A stretch of 64,000 nt of DNA from an uncultured Armatimonadetes bacterium (GTDB taxonomy: Bacteria > Armatimonadota > Hebobacteria > Hebobacterales > Hebobacteraceae): contig OY970296.1 of NCBI GenBank assembly GCA_963716175.1, positions 2,080,001 to 2,144,000 on the forward strand, given 5' to 3'. This document shows, one piece after another, positions 10,712-19,726 of this stretch. The position numbers and the translations under genes are program-made. The notes below the pieces were generated by a model that searched no databases, was not told the origin of the DNA, and was given only the letters and a program-made list of their open reading frames with translations. Position 1 is the first letter of the stretch. The number at the start of each line of letters is the position of its first letter.

Positions 10712-10767
10712 TTCCCCAACACGCGAGTCATGGCGTTCCGGCTGGCGGCGTGCTGTCAGGCCGGCTC
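10712..10767 (+). repeat. Partial repeat copy (direct repeat of 9588-9643)
   Basis: ttcccc(a/g)acacgcgagtca...ttccgg(c/t)tggcgg(c/t)gtg(c/a)tgtcaggccggct. Confidence 0.75.
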
Positions 10768-10828
10768 CACGGGCGGTTGACAGGGGCATGGGAGGCCAAG
10801 AGTGGGTAACCGTCAGACGCGGATGGCA

Positions 10829-10857
10829 TTGACACCTGCGAGGGCGGGCAGTATCAT
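10829..10857 (+). promoter_or_regulatory. sigma70-type promoter
   Basis: TTGACA-17 nt-TATCAT. Confidence 0.7.
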
Positions 10858-10937
10858 TGACGGCATCGAAGTGGAGGGCTGTGCGCGTGTCAGTCTGCCG
10901 GGCAGTTCTGGGTGCGCGTGATGTTGCCAATGCTCCT

Positions 10938-10974
10938 AACGAGGCGTGCGAAGAGGCACGCCTCGTTTCTTTTC
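10938..10974 (+). terminator. Rho-independent terminator between the promoter and the DUF1559 gene
   Basis: aacgaggcgtgc-gaagag-gcacgcctcgtt 12-bp stem followed by tctttt. Confidence 0.8.
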
Positions 10975-11134
10975 ATCTATCCCTCATAGCGTTCCAGGTG
11001 AGAACCGTCGAACGGCCTGAGAGTGCTTGCGAATGATCAGGGGGAGGCCGGAGAGGAGGTGATGGGTAAGCTAGTCCGGCGCCTCGCTGGTGTCGGTTGT
11101 GTCGCGTTGATCACCTGGTAAGGAGGCAACATCC

Positions 11135-12133
11135 ATGAGTGCTAGACGGGTGAAGGGATTCACGCTCATTGAGCTACTGGTCGTGATCGCGATCATTGCG
11201 ATCCTGGCCGCAATGCTGTTCCCGGTGTTCGCCCGCGCGCGAGAGTCGGCGCGCAAGATCCAGTGCCTCGCCAATGTCAAGAACATCGCCATGGCGATGC
11301 AGATGTACCTCACGGACTACGACCGGTTCCCGCCCGGCGAGCACCGAGCCGAGGTGGCCCAATGGTTTGAGGACCGCGGCTGCGACCTCTCACCAGGGTG
11401 CTGCACGCGCAACACGGAAGCGAACCCGTACCTGCGCTGGCCGGTGGTCCTGGACGAGTACATCAAGAACCGCGATGTCTGGCGCTGCCCCTCGGCCAAG
11501 AACGCCTGCACGGTGATGATGGTCAACCCCGGGCCCGACTGGCTCTCCGCGCTCGAGGCAGCCTCCGACCAGGGGACGGTGTGCGTCTGCGAGGGCGCTT
11601 ACCCCAAGGGCTGGGGCGGGACCGTCACCGATATCGTCAGCGACGGATGTCCTGCCTTCGCCTCCGAGGATACCGGCGCACAGGAACTCGATATCTTCAT
11701 GGGGGAGGAGGTGAGCCGAGAGAAGAAGACCGGCCAGATCAATGATCCCGCCAAGTACCTGGTGGTCGCGGAGCGAGGCGTGAAGCCCAAGTGGTGGCGC
11801 ATCGAGCAGATCGCCTACCCCGAGCTGTGCCGCATTGTGTGGGGCGAGATCGCGTCGGACCCTGGAGGCGACTGCAGCCTCAAAGACGATTGCAGAGCAG
11901 ACTATGAGGGGGTCTGCGGCATCTACTACGGGAACATCGACAAGTTCTGGACCGACCCGTCTATGCGCAAGCAGTATGCGCGCCACCTCGGCGGCAACAA
12001 CCTCGGCTTCGCCGACGGCCACGCCGTCTGGATGGATGCCGACGCCATGCTCGCCGCTGCCGGCAACTGGAGGAACCCGAATTCGGGCCTGGACGGGGTC
12101 CAATGCCAGTGTCTGCCGAACGCGTGGCAGTGA
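11135..12133 (+). CDS. Prepilin-type N-terminal cleavage/methylation protein with DUF1559 and H-X9-DG domains
   Basis: [36 protein letters not shown]; C-terminal [14 protein letters not shown]; RBS aaggagg. Confidence 0.93.
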   Translation: MSARRVKGFTLIELLVVIAIIAILAAMLFPVFARARESARKIQCLANVKNIAMAMQMYLTDYDRFPPGEHRAEVAQWFEDRGCDLSPGCCTRNTEANPYLRWPVVLDEYIKNRDVWRCPSAKNACTVMMVNPGPDWLSALEAASDQGTVCVCEGAYPKGWGGTVTDIVSDGCPAFASEDTGAQELDIFMGEEVSREKKTGQINDPAKYLVVAERGVKPKWWRIEQIAYPELCRIVWGEIASDPGGDCSLKDDCRADYEGVCGIYYGNIDKFWTDPSMRKQYARHLGGNNLGFADGHAVWMDADAMLAAAGNWRNPNSGLDGVQCQCLPNAWQ

Positions 12134-12183
12134 GGCGCATGCACTAGCTACTCTGTCGGCATCCTGGTACGAAACTCTGAGTC

Positions 12184-12226
12184 GGGCGGGGCATGGAGGG
12201 CACGCTCCGCCCGGGCTGTTCTTTTT
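12184..12226 (+). terminator. Putative terminator after the DUF1559 gene
   Basis: gggcggggcatg...cacgctccgccc hairpin then gttcttttt. Confidence 0.5.
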
Positions 12227-12541
12227 GCCCGGCGCCGGATCATCGGCGGCCGAAGTCGTGAGAAGCCGTTCGGAGCCGAAGACAGTACGCGCCAAGGGGT
12301 GGCGGGCGGCGCGTGAGATGCGAGCGATGTGCCGGAGGCCACACCCTTGGCGATCAGGTCCGGTGTCTGGGTTGCTGCGGCTTCGGCGCCGGTGCATATC
12401 GGACCGGCGGTGGCAGCTGTCCTTTCGACGGTTCAGCTCAGGATCTCGCAGATCGCGGCCACCAGATGGCCCGCCGAGGGGGGGTAGCGAGTGGCGCCGC
12501 GGATGCGGCCGCGTCGCAAGAGTCCGTGATCGGCGGTCACT

Positions 12542-13165
12542 ATGGCCGATGATATCCGACCCGATCCGTATCTGCCGGCACTGGTGCAGGCACAGCGCAA
12601 GCTAGCCGAGCGCGGGCTGGACACGCAGCAGATCGCGCGGCTGGCCGCCATCAGCTATGACGCGCAGGCTGGAACATGGACGCTCCCGGCGCTCGGGCGC
12701 ATCTGGCGTATCAGCTGGCCATCGCTGGCGGTCTCGCTCGATGGCGCGGAGGGGCCCTTGGATGCGGCGTCTCGCGTGTCCATCATCAACTACTTGGCAT
12801 GTGCCGATGGAGTGCCCATCACAGGCGAATGGGTTCCCTGGCGAGCATTCGCCGCCGGGTCATTGACGCTGAGTGCCGAGCGTCCCGGCCATCTTCCTCC
12901 GCTGAGCGATCGCTTCGGTAACGATGTGGATGCCTTCCGCCATCGCGCCGCGCAACTGAACGGTAGGTCGGCGCAGTTCGGCGACGCGGCCTATGTGTTC
13001 GATGCCTTCCCTCGAATACCCGTGCTTGCCATCTACTCTGCGGGCGATGACGAGATTCCCCCCTCCTCTGCAATCCTGCTGGATCGTAGCGCCGACCACT
13101 ACCTGCCGGTGGAGGACCTGAGCGGAGTGATCGGCTGGGTGCAGCAATCGCTGGCAAACGGATAG
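12542..13165 (+). CDS. DUF3786-like protein
   Basis: NYL..ADG.P.TGEWVPWR.F..G; GD.AYVF.AFPRIP....GDDE.P....L.D.SA.HYLP.ED. Confidence 0.75.
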   Translation: MADDIRPDPYLPALVQAQRKLAERGLDTQQIARLAAISYDAQAGTWTLPALGRIWRISWPSLAVSLDGAEGPLDAASRVSIINYLACADGVPITGEWVPWRAFAAGSLTLSAERPGHLPPLSDRFGNDVDAFRHRAAQLNGRSAQFGDAAYVFDAFPRIPVLAIYSAGDDEIPPSSAILLDRSADHYLPVEDLSGVIGWVQQSLANG

Positions 13166-13373
13166 CGACGGCGGCGCCGCCCACAGGGGGGAGCGGACGG
13201 CGCCGGGAATGCGATCATGTCTGCCGTCACTGGATTCACGTGGTGTGGCGTACGCTTCCCACACCCCTGCTCGACACAGGTTAACTGGACCAGACTGCTG
13301 CATGAAGGGCTGCTTCCCGCTCTGGCGAACGGTTGCCTGAGAAGTGCCACAACCTGCTGAGAGGGAGCACGCC

Positions 13374-13643
13374 GTGTCAGACCATGAGGCAGCAGTGTAT
13401 GTGGCAAACCTGCCCTGGGACACGACCGAAGACGATCTGGTCTGGCTGCTCGGGCAGTTCGCAGATGTCGGGAACGCCAGGATCATCCAGGATCGAGAGA
13501 CCGGACGGTCCCGCGGCTATGCTTTCTTCGACCTGGCTGCGGTTGAGCAGGTGGCCGCTGTGTGTGCCACCTTGGATAGCTGCCGGTTCAACGGCCGCTT
13601 GCTCCAGGTGAGACCTGCGCGGGCAAAGCCAGTTCGCCAGTAG
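13374..13643 (+). CDS. RRM-domain RNA-binding protein
   Basis: VYVANLPWDTTEDDL (RNP2), DRETGRSRGYAF (RNP1), GRLLQVRPA. Confidence 0.9.
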   Translation: MSDHEAAVYVANLPWDTTEDDLVWLLGQFADVGNARIIQDRETGRSRGYAFFDLAAVEQVAAVCATLDSCRFNGRLLQVRPARAKPVRQ

Positions 13644-13797
13644 TGCCAGATACCTCCGGGCACCCCCCGACTCCGGCTAGCCCCTCGGCTTGGGGTCACT
13701 GTCCGGGGTTCCGTCGCGGATGCGGCGAGCTTGCTCCCCGGGAGAGAACGGCGCCCAGAGGCGCCGCGCAGAAGCCCTGTGTGGCAGAGTATCTGAG
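13644..13797 (+). repeat. Copy of the dispersed element family
   Basis: Starts tgccagatacctc immediately after the RRM stop; core caccccccgactccggctagcccctcggct..ggtcactgtccggggttccgtcgcg; ends gcagagtatctgaga. Confidence 0.7.
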
Positions 13798-13798
13798 A

Positions 13799-13836
13799 CT
13801 CGCAGACAAGCTTCACGGTCTGTCAGAGGTATCTCA
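13799..13836 (+). repeat. 38-bp direct repeat, copy 1 (copy 2 at 15257-15294)
   Basis: ctcgcagacaag-N8-ctgtcagaggta(t/c)ctca. Confidence 0.7.
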
Positions 13837-13839
13837 CCG

Positions 13840-14847
13840 CTACTTGACACCCACAGACCGCCCGGATCTTGCCCGCCAATCTTGCAGAATGGCGTCCATC
13901 ACTTCACTGGTGCGGAGAGCGGTCTCTCCGGTGCTGGGGCAAGGGGCGACGCCATTGAGGGCGTTCACAACCGTCTGGATCAGCGGCTGCTGAACGTGGG
14001 CTGGCGTCTCAGTCTGGTGCAAGGTGACACCGTCTCCCGTATGCAGCTCGATGGGTTCGGCGCCGAAGGTGGAGAAGCGCAGCTTCCCCCGCGAGCCGAC
14101 GATCTCATTCATGTCGGCAGAGCATCCGTCATGGGCGGTGAAGCACCAGATGCCGGCGCCTAAGACGGCGTCCGGGAAGCTCAGGGTGGCGGAGACGCAG
14201 TCCTCGGCCGGGTAGAGGCCAGCCTAGTTCACGGCCATCCCGTTCGTCTTGACAACAGGGCCGAGGAGGAAATCCAGGATGTCCAACGTGTGTGAGGCCA
14301 GATCGAGGAAGAGGCCGGCACCAGCGATGTCGGGCACCACCCGCCAGGGGAGATGCTTGGGGTCGTAAGCGTCGGGGGCGCTGCACAGGGTCACAGTCAC
14401 GAATCGAACCTGGCCGATGGCCCCCTGCTGCAGCAGCTCCTTGATCTTCAGGAAGCGTGGCAAGGCCCGGCGATAGAAGGCCACGAAGAGGGGAACCCCG
14501 GCTTCCCGGCAGGCGGCGATCATCTGCCGGCACTCATCTGCAGTACGCGCCATGGGCTTCTCCACATAGACGGGCTTGCCCGCACCCGCGGCCTGGATCG
14601 CGTAATCGGCATGGGTGGAGGGAGGCGTGGCGACGTAGACAGCATCCACTTCGGGGTCGTGGATCAGCCGACTCGCGTCGTCATACCAGCGGGGCACTCC
14701 GTGGCGTTCGGCGTAGTCCTTAGCCTTCTTACCGTCCCGGCGCATCACCGCCACTAGCTGCGAGTGCTCGGCCCTCTGAAATCCGGGGCCGCTCTTCACC
14801 TCGGTCACGTTCCCGCACCCAATGATTCCCCAGCGAATCGTCCGCAT
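13840..14847 (-). pseudogene. Gfo/Idh/MocA oxidoreductase with in-frame TAG at 14224-14226
   Basis: IRWGIIGCGNV, VYVEKPMA, GAGLFLDLASH; the same frame continues after TAG as AGLYPAED...HVQQPLIQ. Confidence 0.85.
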
Positions 14848-15256
14848 TAGCGCTTCCTCCGACCTCTCCTATCGCACTCGCGCCAGGCGATCCTTCTCGC
14901 TTCGCCAACAGGGGCGAAGCGAGCCGATTCAGGGCGGTCAGCCGTACTACGAGACGGTTGGCAGTGCGGTGGCGCGTGGTCCAGCCGGCCAGGGCCTGCG
15001 GACTGGCACGGCGCCTGGCGGGCGGAAGGGCGCGGACGCACACGCTCGCAACTAGGCTGCCCTCTACTCCGCAGGCGAGGCAGCCAAAGGCACATCCCTC
15101 CCGGCACTGGTGGTAGCGGCTGCGGACGGGATCGCGGCGACCTTGCCCGGTGTGGGGTCCGCTGCCCGCGCTATTGGATGCCGCGCATAACGCGAGTAGC
15201 ACGCGGCCATCGCTCCCACCGCCGTCCAAAGGTCTCCCATGGCGGAAAGCCTGGGG

Positions 15257-15294
15257 CTCGCAGACAAGTCACCAAGGCTGTCAGAGGTACCTCA
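15257..15294 (+). repeat. 38-bp direct repeat, copy 2
   Basis: ctcgcagacaagtcaccaaggctgtcagaggtacctca. Confidence 0.7.
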
Positions 15295-15324
15295 TTGCGA
15301 TTCGGCAGCCACAGACACTGCCAA

Positions 15325-17355
15325 TCACTTGCTCTCAAGCGTCAAGAAGACGACGGAGTGTGCGGGGATCGTGCACGTTACGCGGGGACCTGCCAGCGTG
15401 ACCGGCAGCTCTGTGATCGCGTCCTCCTTGCGCTGGAGCAGGGGCTTGCCGTCGAGGTCGTCGTTGCTCAGGAGGATGCCAGTGGCGCGGGCGGCGTCGA
15501 AGGTGCGCACGTTGAGGATGCAGGGCACGGCGCGATCCCAGGAGCCGTTGGCGACGACGAGGTAGAGCGACTTCCTGTCCTGGCGGAGGGTGACCAGCGC
15601 GGGGGTCATGGGCCCGGCATAGTCGGTGGGCCTGTCGGAGAGGCCGTCGGCCGCGGATGGGGTGTAGTATGGTGCCACGCCATCCATGTCGAGGGCCCAC
15701 TCGCCGAGATGGCGGTTAAAGTAGTAGTAAAGCCAGTAGAGCATGAAGCGCTTGTCGGGCGCGTCTGGAGAGAGGATGCCGAAGCCCTGCTCTTTGCTCC
15801 TGGAGAGCATCTCCCAACCGCTCGCGCCACGCAGGATGTGCTCGCGGGCGTAGTAGATGAGGCGCACGGCGCGGTGGAGAGTGCCGACGATGTTCGCGTT
15901 CCGATCGAACGCGTCCGCGACCTCGCCGTACGGGCCGGAGCTGATCATGCCCCACTCAGTGTCGTACTGGTAGACATCTCGACCTGGGTTGTAGGCGCGG
16001 ATGAGAGCGTTGGTGCGCAGGATCAGGTCGAGCTTCTGGTAGTTCGCGGCGAGCACGGGCACCTCGAGCGCGCGCTCTTGCAGCCGGTCGATACCGGAGT
16101 AGTAGTGGCCCACGACGAAGTCGTAGTGACCGGCGCACTGCTTCAGCACCGCGTTGCCCCAGGCCTGGCTCTCGGGGTCGACGGCGAGGCCAATCTGGGC
16201 AGAGGGCTGCACGGCGCGGATGGCGCGGCTGACCTCGATGAAGTGGTCGATGTAAGACTGCGGGGTCGGGAAGGCCGTGCCCTCCCTCATCAGGTAGGGC
16301 TCGTTGGCGATCTCCCAGTAGCGGAAGCCGTAGCCCATGTTCACGGAGTGGCGGACGCCTCGCGCCCACCGCTCGGGCGGGAGCTTACTGGTCGCGCCCT
16401 GGGTCTCGAACTCGAGCACGACGTGGTCCAGAGGCACGCCGACGCGGCGGCAGACTTCGGCGGCTCTGTCGATGGACTCCTCGACCGGGAACGGCTCATC
16501 GCCGACGGCGTAGAAGCGAGTCATGGGGAGGTGGAGGTCGCGGATCGCCTGCTCCAGCTCGGGCGCGAGGGTGTAGTCCCCCTTCTTGTCGTACGGCTGG
16601 CCGGTCCATCCGCAGACGCGGTGGAATGAGATGCCGCCGGCATCCTGGGTGGCGTGACGCAGGGGCTTGCCAGCATCCACCGTGATTTCCAGGATGTCGC
16701 CGGGGCGCAATCGGTGCTGGAGCGGCGGGTACTTCAGTGCGGACTCATCTGCGAGGCGATCCTTCCGTGTGCTGGGCTCTTCGGTGACGACGATGTCGTC
16801 AACCCAGAGGGTGCGCTCGGCCCGTTGGTCACGCGTGGCGTAGAACGCGAGCAAGAGATAGCGGCTCCGGTCGGCGAAGAAGTCCCAGCCCTCATGGAGG
16901 GTGAATCGGAAATGCTTCCATCGCTCATCTGCGGCGATGACGAAGTGGCCGGGGGACGCCGCGTCGATGAACGGGTGGATACTGGAGTAGGCCTCGAGAC
17001 CGAAGTCCGACATCCCAGGCTGGTCCGCTCTGGCCCAGAAGGAAACAGTGTACATCATGCTCCTGCGGGGGCGGATGGCGTGCTCGGGTGATGAGACGGT
17101 GTAGCCCTTGGTGCCAGCGGGATGATGGATGCGGAAGCAGGCCCTGCCGCGGTGGGGGTTGACGGTATCGAGGGTGTAGTTGCCCGGGATCTTGTACTGC
17201 CTCGCGCCCCACATGGCCCAGCCCAGCGGCGGCGCTTCCGGGGATGGGATCTCGAAATCACCATTGTAGACGAGGTTCTGCGCGCAGTGGGCGGAGGTCC
17301 CGAGAACGAGGAGCAACAGACTAGCTGCCACAGCAGCAATGAGTCTCGAGTGCAT
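15325..17355 (-). CDS. Secreted glycoside hydrolase: CBM4/9-like N-terminal domain, clan GH-A barrel (GH39/GH51-like), arabinofuranosidase-like C-terminal domain
   Basis: Signal peptide, NLVYNGDFE, YTVSFWARA, YWEIANEP (acid/base), DTEWG (nucleophile), IPAHSVVFL end. Confidence 0.75.
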   Translation of the reverse strand: MHSRLIAAVAASLLLLVLGTSAHCAQNLVYNGDFEIPSPEAPPLGWAMWGARQYKIPGNYTLDTVNPHRGRACFRIHHPAGTKGYTVSSPEHAIRPRRSMMYTVSFWARADQPGMSDFGLEAYSSIHPFIDAASPGHFVIAADERWKHFRFTLHEGWDFFADRSRYLLLAFYATRDQRAERTLWVDDIVVTEEPSTRKDRLADESALKYPPLQHRLRPGDILEITVDAGKPLRHATQDAGGISFHRVCGWTGQPYDKKGDYTLAPELEQAIRDLHLPMTRFYAVGDEPFPVEESIDRAAEVCRRVGVPLDHVVLEFETQGATSKLPPERWARGVRHSVNMGYGFRYWEIANEPYLMREGTAFPTPQSYIDHFIEVSRAIRAVQPSAQIGLAVDPESQAWGNAVLKQCAGHYDFVVGHYYSGIDRLQERALEVPVLAANYQKLDLILRTNALIRAYNPGRDVYQYDTEWGMISSGPYGEVADAFDRNANIVGTLHRAVRLIYYAREHILRGASGWEMLSRSKEQGFGILSPDAPDKRFMLYWLYYYFNRHLGEWALDMDGVAPYYTPSAADGLSDRPTDYAGPMTPALVTLRQDRKSLYLVVANGSWDRAVPCILNVRTFDAARATGILLSNDDLDGKPLLQRKEDAITELPVTLAGPRVTCTIPAHSVVFLTLESK

Positions 17356-17364
17356 GGCTTCCCT

Positions 17365-17814
17365 CTACCGGGTCACGTTTCGGTGCGGGGCCCCGTCATC
17401 CTTGGCGCGGGAGGGCCCGCCGCGCGAGCCGCGGTCATGGGCCTTGATGCCGGACTCCATCGCCGGGGCGCCGGCCTCGTGAGCACCCACGTCCAGGGCC
17501 TTCCCGGAGAAGTCATCATTGAAGCTGGGAATCCGGACACCGGCGTCGTAGCCGGGGCTGCCGCGGGCTAGCCAGAACCGGCCCGGGCCATTCCCGGAGT
17601 CACTGCCGGGCTTACGCTTGATGCCGTGGACCTCCTGGGCGCCGGAGGCCCTGATGTCGCCGCTGAGGAGGTCATAGTCCAAGTCATTGGCGAGGCTGGT
17701 GGTTCTGTCGCCGATGCTCTCAGAAGAATCCGACTTGACGTGGAGGATATTGTTCCTGAAGGTGATGCTGAAGACCTCGCCGCCATAGCTGGAGAGGCCG
17801 ATTTTGCACCCGAG
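17365..17814 (-). pseudogene. C-terminal fragment of a right-handed beta-helix protein
   Basis: FRNNIL...LDYDL...LARGSPGYDAG..IP.FND.F.G.A.D.GA.E tail; no N-terminus, cut at the repeat starting 17815. Confidence 0.55.
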
Positions 17815-18087
17815 TGTCCGTGTCAACCACCCGTGAAGCCGGCCTGGGCGCACCCCCGGCTCCGGCTACCCCCTCGGCTGGTGTCACTGTCCGGGGTTCC
17901 GTCGCGTATGAGACGTGACCAACTAGGGCACGGCAGGGGCTGAGTGCTGGAGGCCCCGACCAGTCCAACCCCGCTCACCATCCCCGCCCATCCTCGCCGC
18001 CTCCCAGTACAGGAGTCCCAGCGAGCGCCGAGAACACCTCGATTGGGGCTGCAGGAGCCTCCCGGGGGGCAGATGAGTATCTGGACA
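17815..18087 (+). mobile_element. Longest copy of the MITE-like element (TGTCC...GGACA)
   Basis: Starts tgtccgtgtcaacc, contains both conserved cores, ends gcagatgagtatctggaca. Confidence 0.6.
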
Positions 18088-18143
18088 GGGCACCATCGCC
18101 GAACTGGAAAAGGCGCTTGTGTGCCTGAGAGGAGACCGCAATC

Positions 18144-19127
18144 ATGGGTGAAGAGCTGCTGCAATGGGAACGGGAAATGCTCGCGCAACATCGCTGGGGC
18201 GTGCAGGGAGAGGTCGTCGAAAAAGAACACACGCGGCTGCGGAGGTTGTACGACAGAGCCGCCCCCTTAGACGAGGACTGCAAAGGCCTCGTGGAGCAGA
18301 TCGTGGCACTGGAGATCTGCAATTGGCGGCTAGAGGAGAGCCTGCTGGCGCTCTGTGAGGCCATCGGCTCAAAGCGTCCGGTGCCGTGGACAATCGGACA
18401 CAAGGCCTCCGTCACGCCGGAGCGCTGGGATCGGATCTGGGCCTACTACCTGTCACTGCGCGAGTGGCTCGCCGAGGGGCCGCGCCAATGCCGCGCCTAC
18501 CCTACCTTGTCAGCCAAATGCGATGCCGAGGGCGAGATCCAGCGGCATGTGCGGGAGATGCTGGGAGAACCGGACGAGGTCAAGCGACTGCGCGTCGAGC
18601 GCCTCTGCTTGCACGTGGAGTTCTGGCTGGATGGACTCCCGGGGGACAACCAGCCGCGCAAGAAGGCGCTGGAGGCCGCCGCAGCCGCGATCGATGCGGA
18701 GATCGAGGCCCGCGCCGAGAACGCAGAGGAGTTTGAGCACGCAGAGCGCGGTTTCGGCCAGCGTATGAGACTGGTTGACAACGGCCAGCTCCACCCCTGC
18801 CACCACAAACTGTTCCGCCGCTACGACATTCTCATCTCTAGCATTGGCTGCGGCAAGTGGCGAGGCGCTATGCCCTACAGAGGCACCGACGGCTTCCAGC
18901 GGGCCGAGACGCTGGAGGAATACCTGGCGCCGGTCACTTCCTGGATTGATGGTGCGTCATCTCCGAGCAAAGGTGGCGACGCCGAACTGGCCGCAACTAT
19001 CCACGACTTGCTGGGCCGGCGGGACGATGTGAAGGCGTTCCTGGCTTCGCTGCTCGTTTCATTGCTGCGGTCGCAGCAGCTACTAGCCCGGCAGCAGGCG
19101 GAGGAGGCCGCGCAGAAAGCACCATGA
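18144..19127 (+). CDS. Hypothetical protein
   Basis: 327-aa ORF with typical codon usage and RBS gaggag; no family recognised. Confidence 0.7.
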   Translation: MGEELLQWEREMLAQHRWGVQGEVVEKEHTRLRRLYDRAAPLDEDCKGLVEQIVALEICNWRLEESLLALCEAIGSKRPVPWTIGHKASVTPERWDRIWAYYLSLREWLAEGPRQCRAYPTLSAKCDAEGEIQRHVREMLGEPDEVKRLRVERLCLHVEFWLDGLPGDNQPRKKALEAAAAAIDAEIEARAENAEEFEHAERGFGQRMRLVDNGQLHPCHHKLFRRYDILISSIGCGKWRGAMPYRGTDGFQRAETLEEYLAPVTSWIDGASSPSKGGDAELAATIHDLLGRRDDVKAFLASLLVSLLRSQQLLARQQAEEAAQKAP

Positions 19128-19460
19128 AGGCACGGCGCTCAAGATTGGCCGGCACCGTCTTGGCTGGCTTCTCGGGCTTGTGTGATTGCTCGCCGCGACG
19201 AGGCACGCCAGCCATCGGACGAGGGAGCGCGTTTCGGGATGGGCATTCGCTAGAGCAAACCGTCCTGGGATCGAAACCCCCGACCTCGTCCACATCTGGA
19301 GACGGTTCGATCCTGGGTAACGCTTCCCCACTGTCTTCGAAATCCACTCATTCTCCGGTCTCGTCCGATGGCGGAGAGAGTGCGATGCCAGGCTACTTTC
19401 CTCCACCGAAGTGACACAGTCGAACCATGCTCAGAGGTGGACGCCGTCATCTTCCGCGGC

Positions 19461-19490
19461 AAAGGCGACGGCAATGCTGCCGTCGCCTCC
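19461..19490 (-). terminator. Hairpin/terminator downstream of tRNA-Phe
   Basis: aggcgacggca-atgc-tgccgtcgcct stem, followed by only a short T run on the minus strand. Confidence 0.6.
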
Positions 19491-19496
19491 ATATCC

Positions 19497-19572
19497 TGGT
19501 GCCGAGTCCCAGAGTCGAACTGGGGACGCCGGGATTTTCAGTCCCGCGCTCTACCACCTGAGCTAACCCGGC
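19497..19572 (-). tRNA. tRNA-Phe (GAA)
   Basis: Reverse complement GCCGGGTTAGCTCAGGTGGTAGAGCGCGGGACTGAAAATCCCGGCGTCCCCAGTTCGACTCTGGGACTCGGCACCA: cloverleaf, GAA anticodon, encoded CCA. Confidence 0.97.
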
Positions 19573-19635
19573 ACGCGAATCTCGATCCTCGGTTCAGGTA
19601 TGCTGGCGTCTGGCGTAAGCTCTACCACCTGAGCC

Positions 19636-19710
19636 CTCCCAGCACAGGGATCTTCGCGATCGCTGCGAATACCATCCTTGGCGCTGTGGGGTGCCAGATG
19701 AGTTCCTGGG
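19636..19710 (+). repeat. Right-half copy of the dispersed element
   Basis: ctcccagcacagg...ggggtgccagatgagttcctgggc. Confidence 0.6.
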
Positions 19711-19726
19711 CGCTGCGGGGAGAGGA

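Noticed and set aside
10864-10935. SAM-I or c-di-GMP-II riboswitch match (GTGGAGGG, CCGGGCA, TGCCAAT)
   Set aside because: Only short motifs match and I could not build the required helices; kept as an unassigned leader
15178-16629. Long antisense or shadow ORFs (also 2694-3698, 51405-52364, 54694-55944, 62000-63361)
   Set aside because: They overlap well-supported genes on the opposite strand and are expected at high GC3
19130-19440. Gene fragment or att duplication downstream of tRNA-Phe
   Set aside because: No recognisable protein, and I found no copy of the tRNA 3' end in the window
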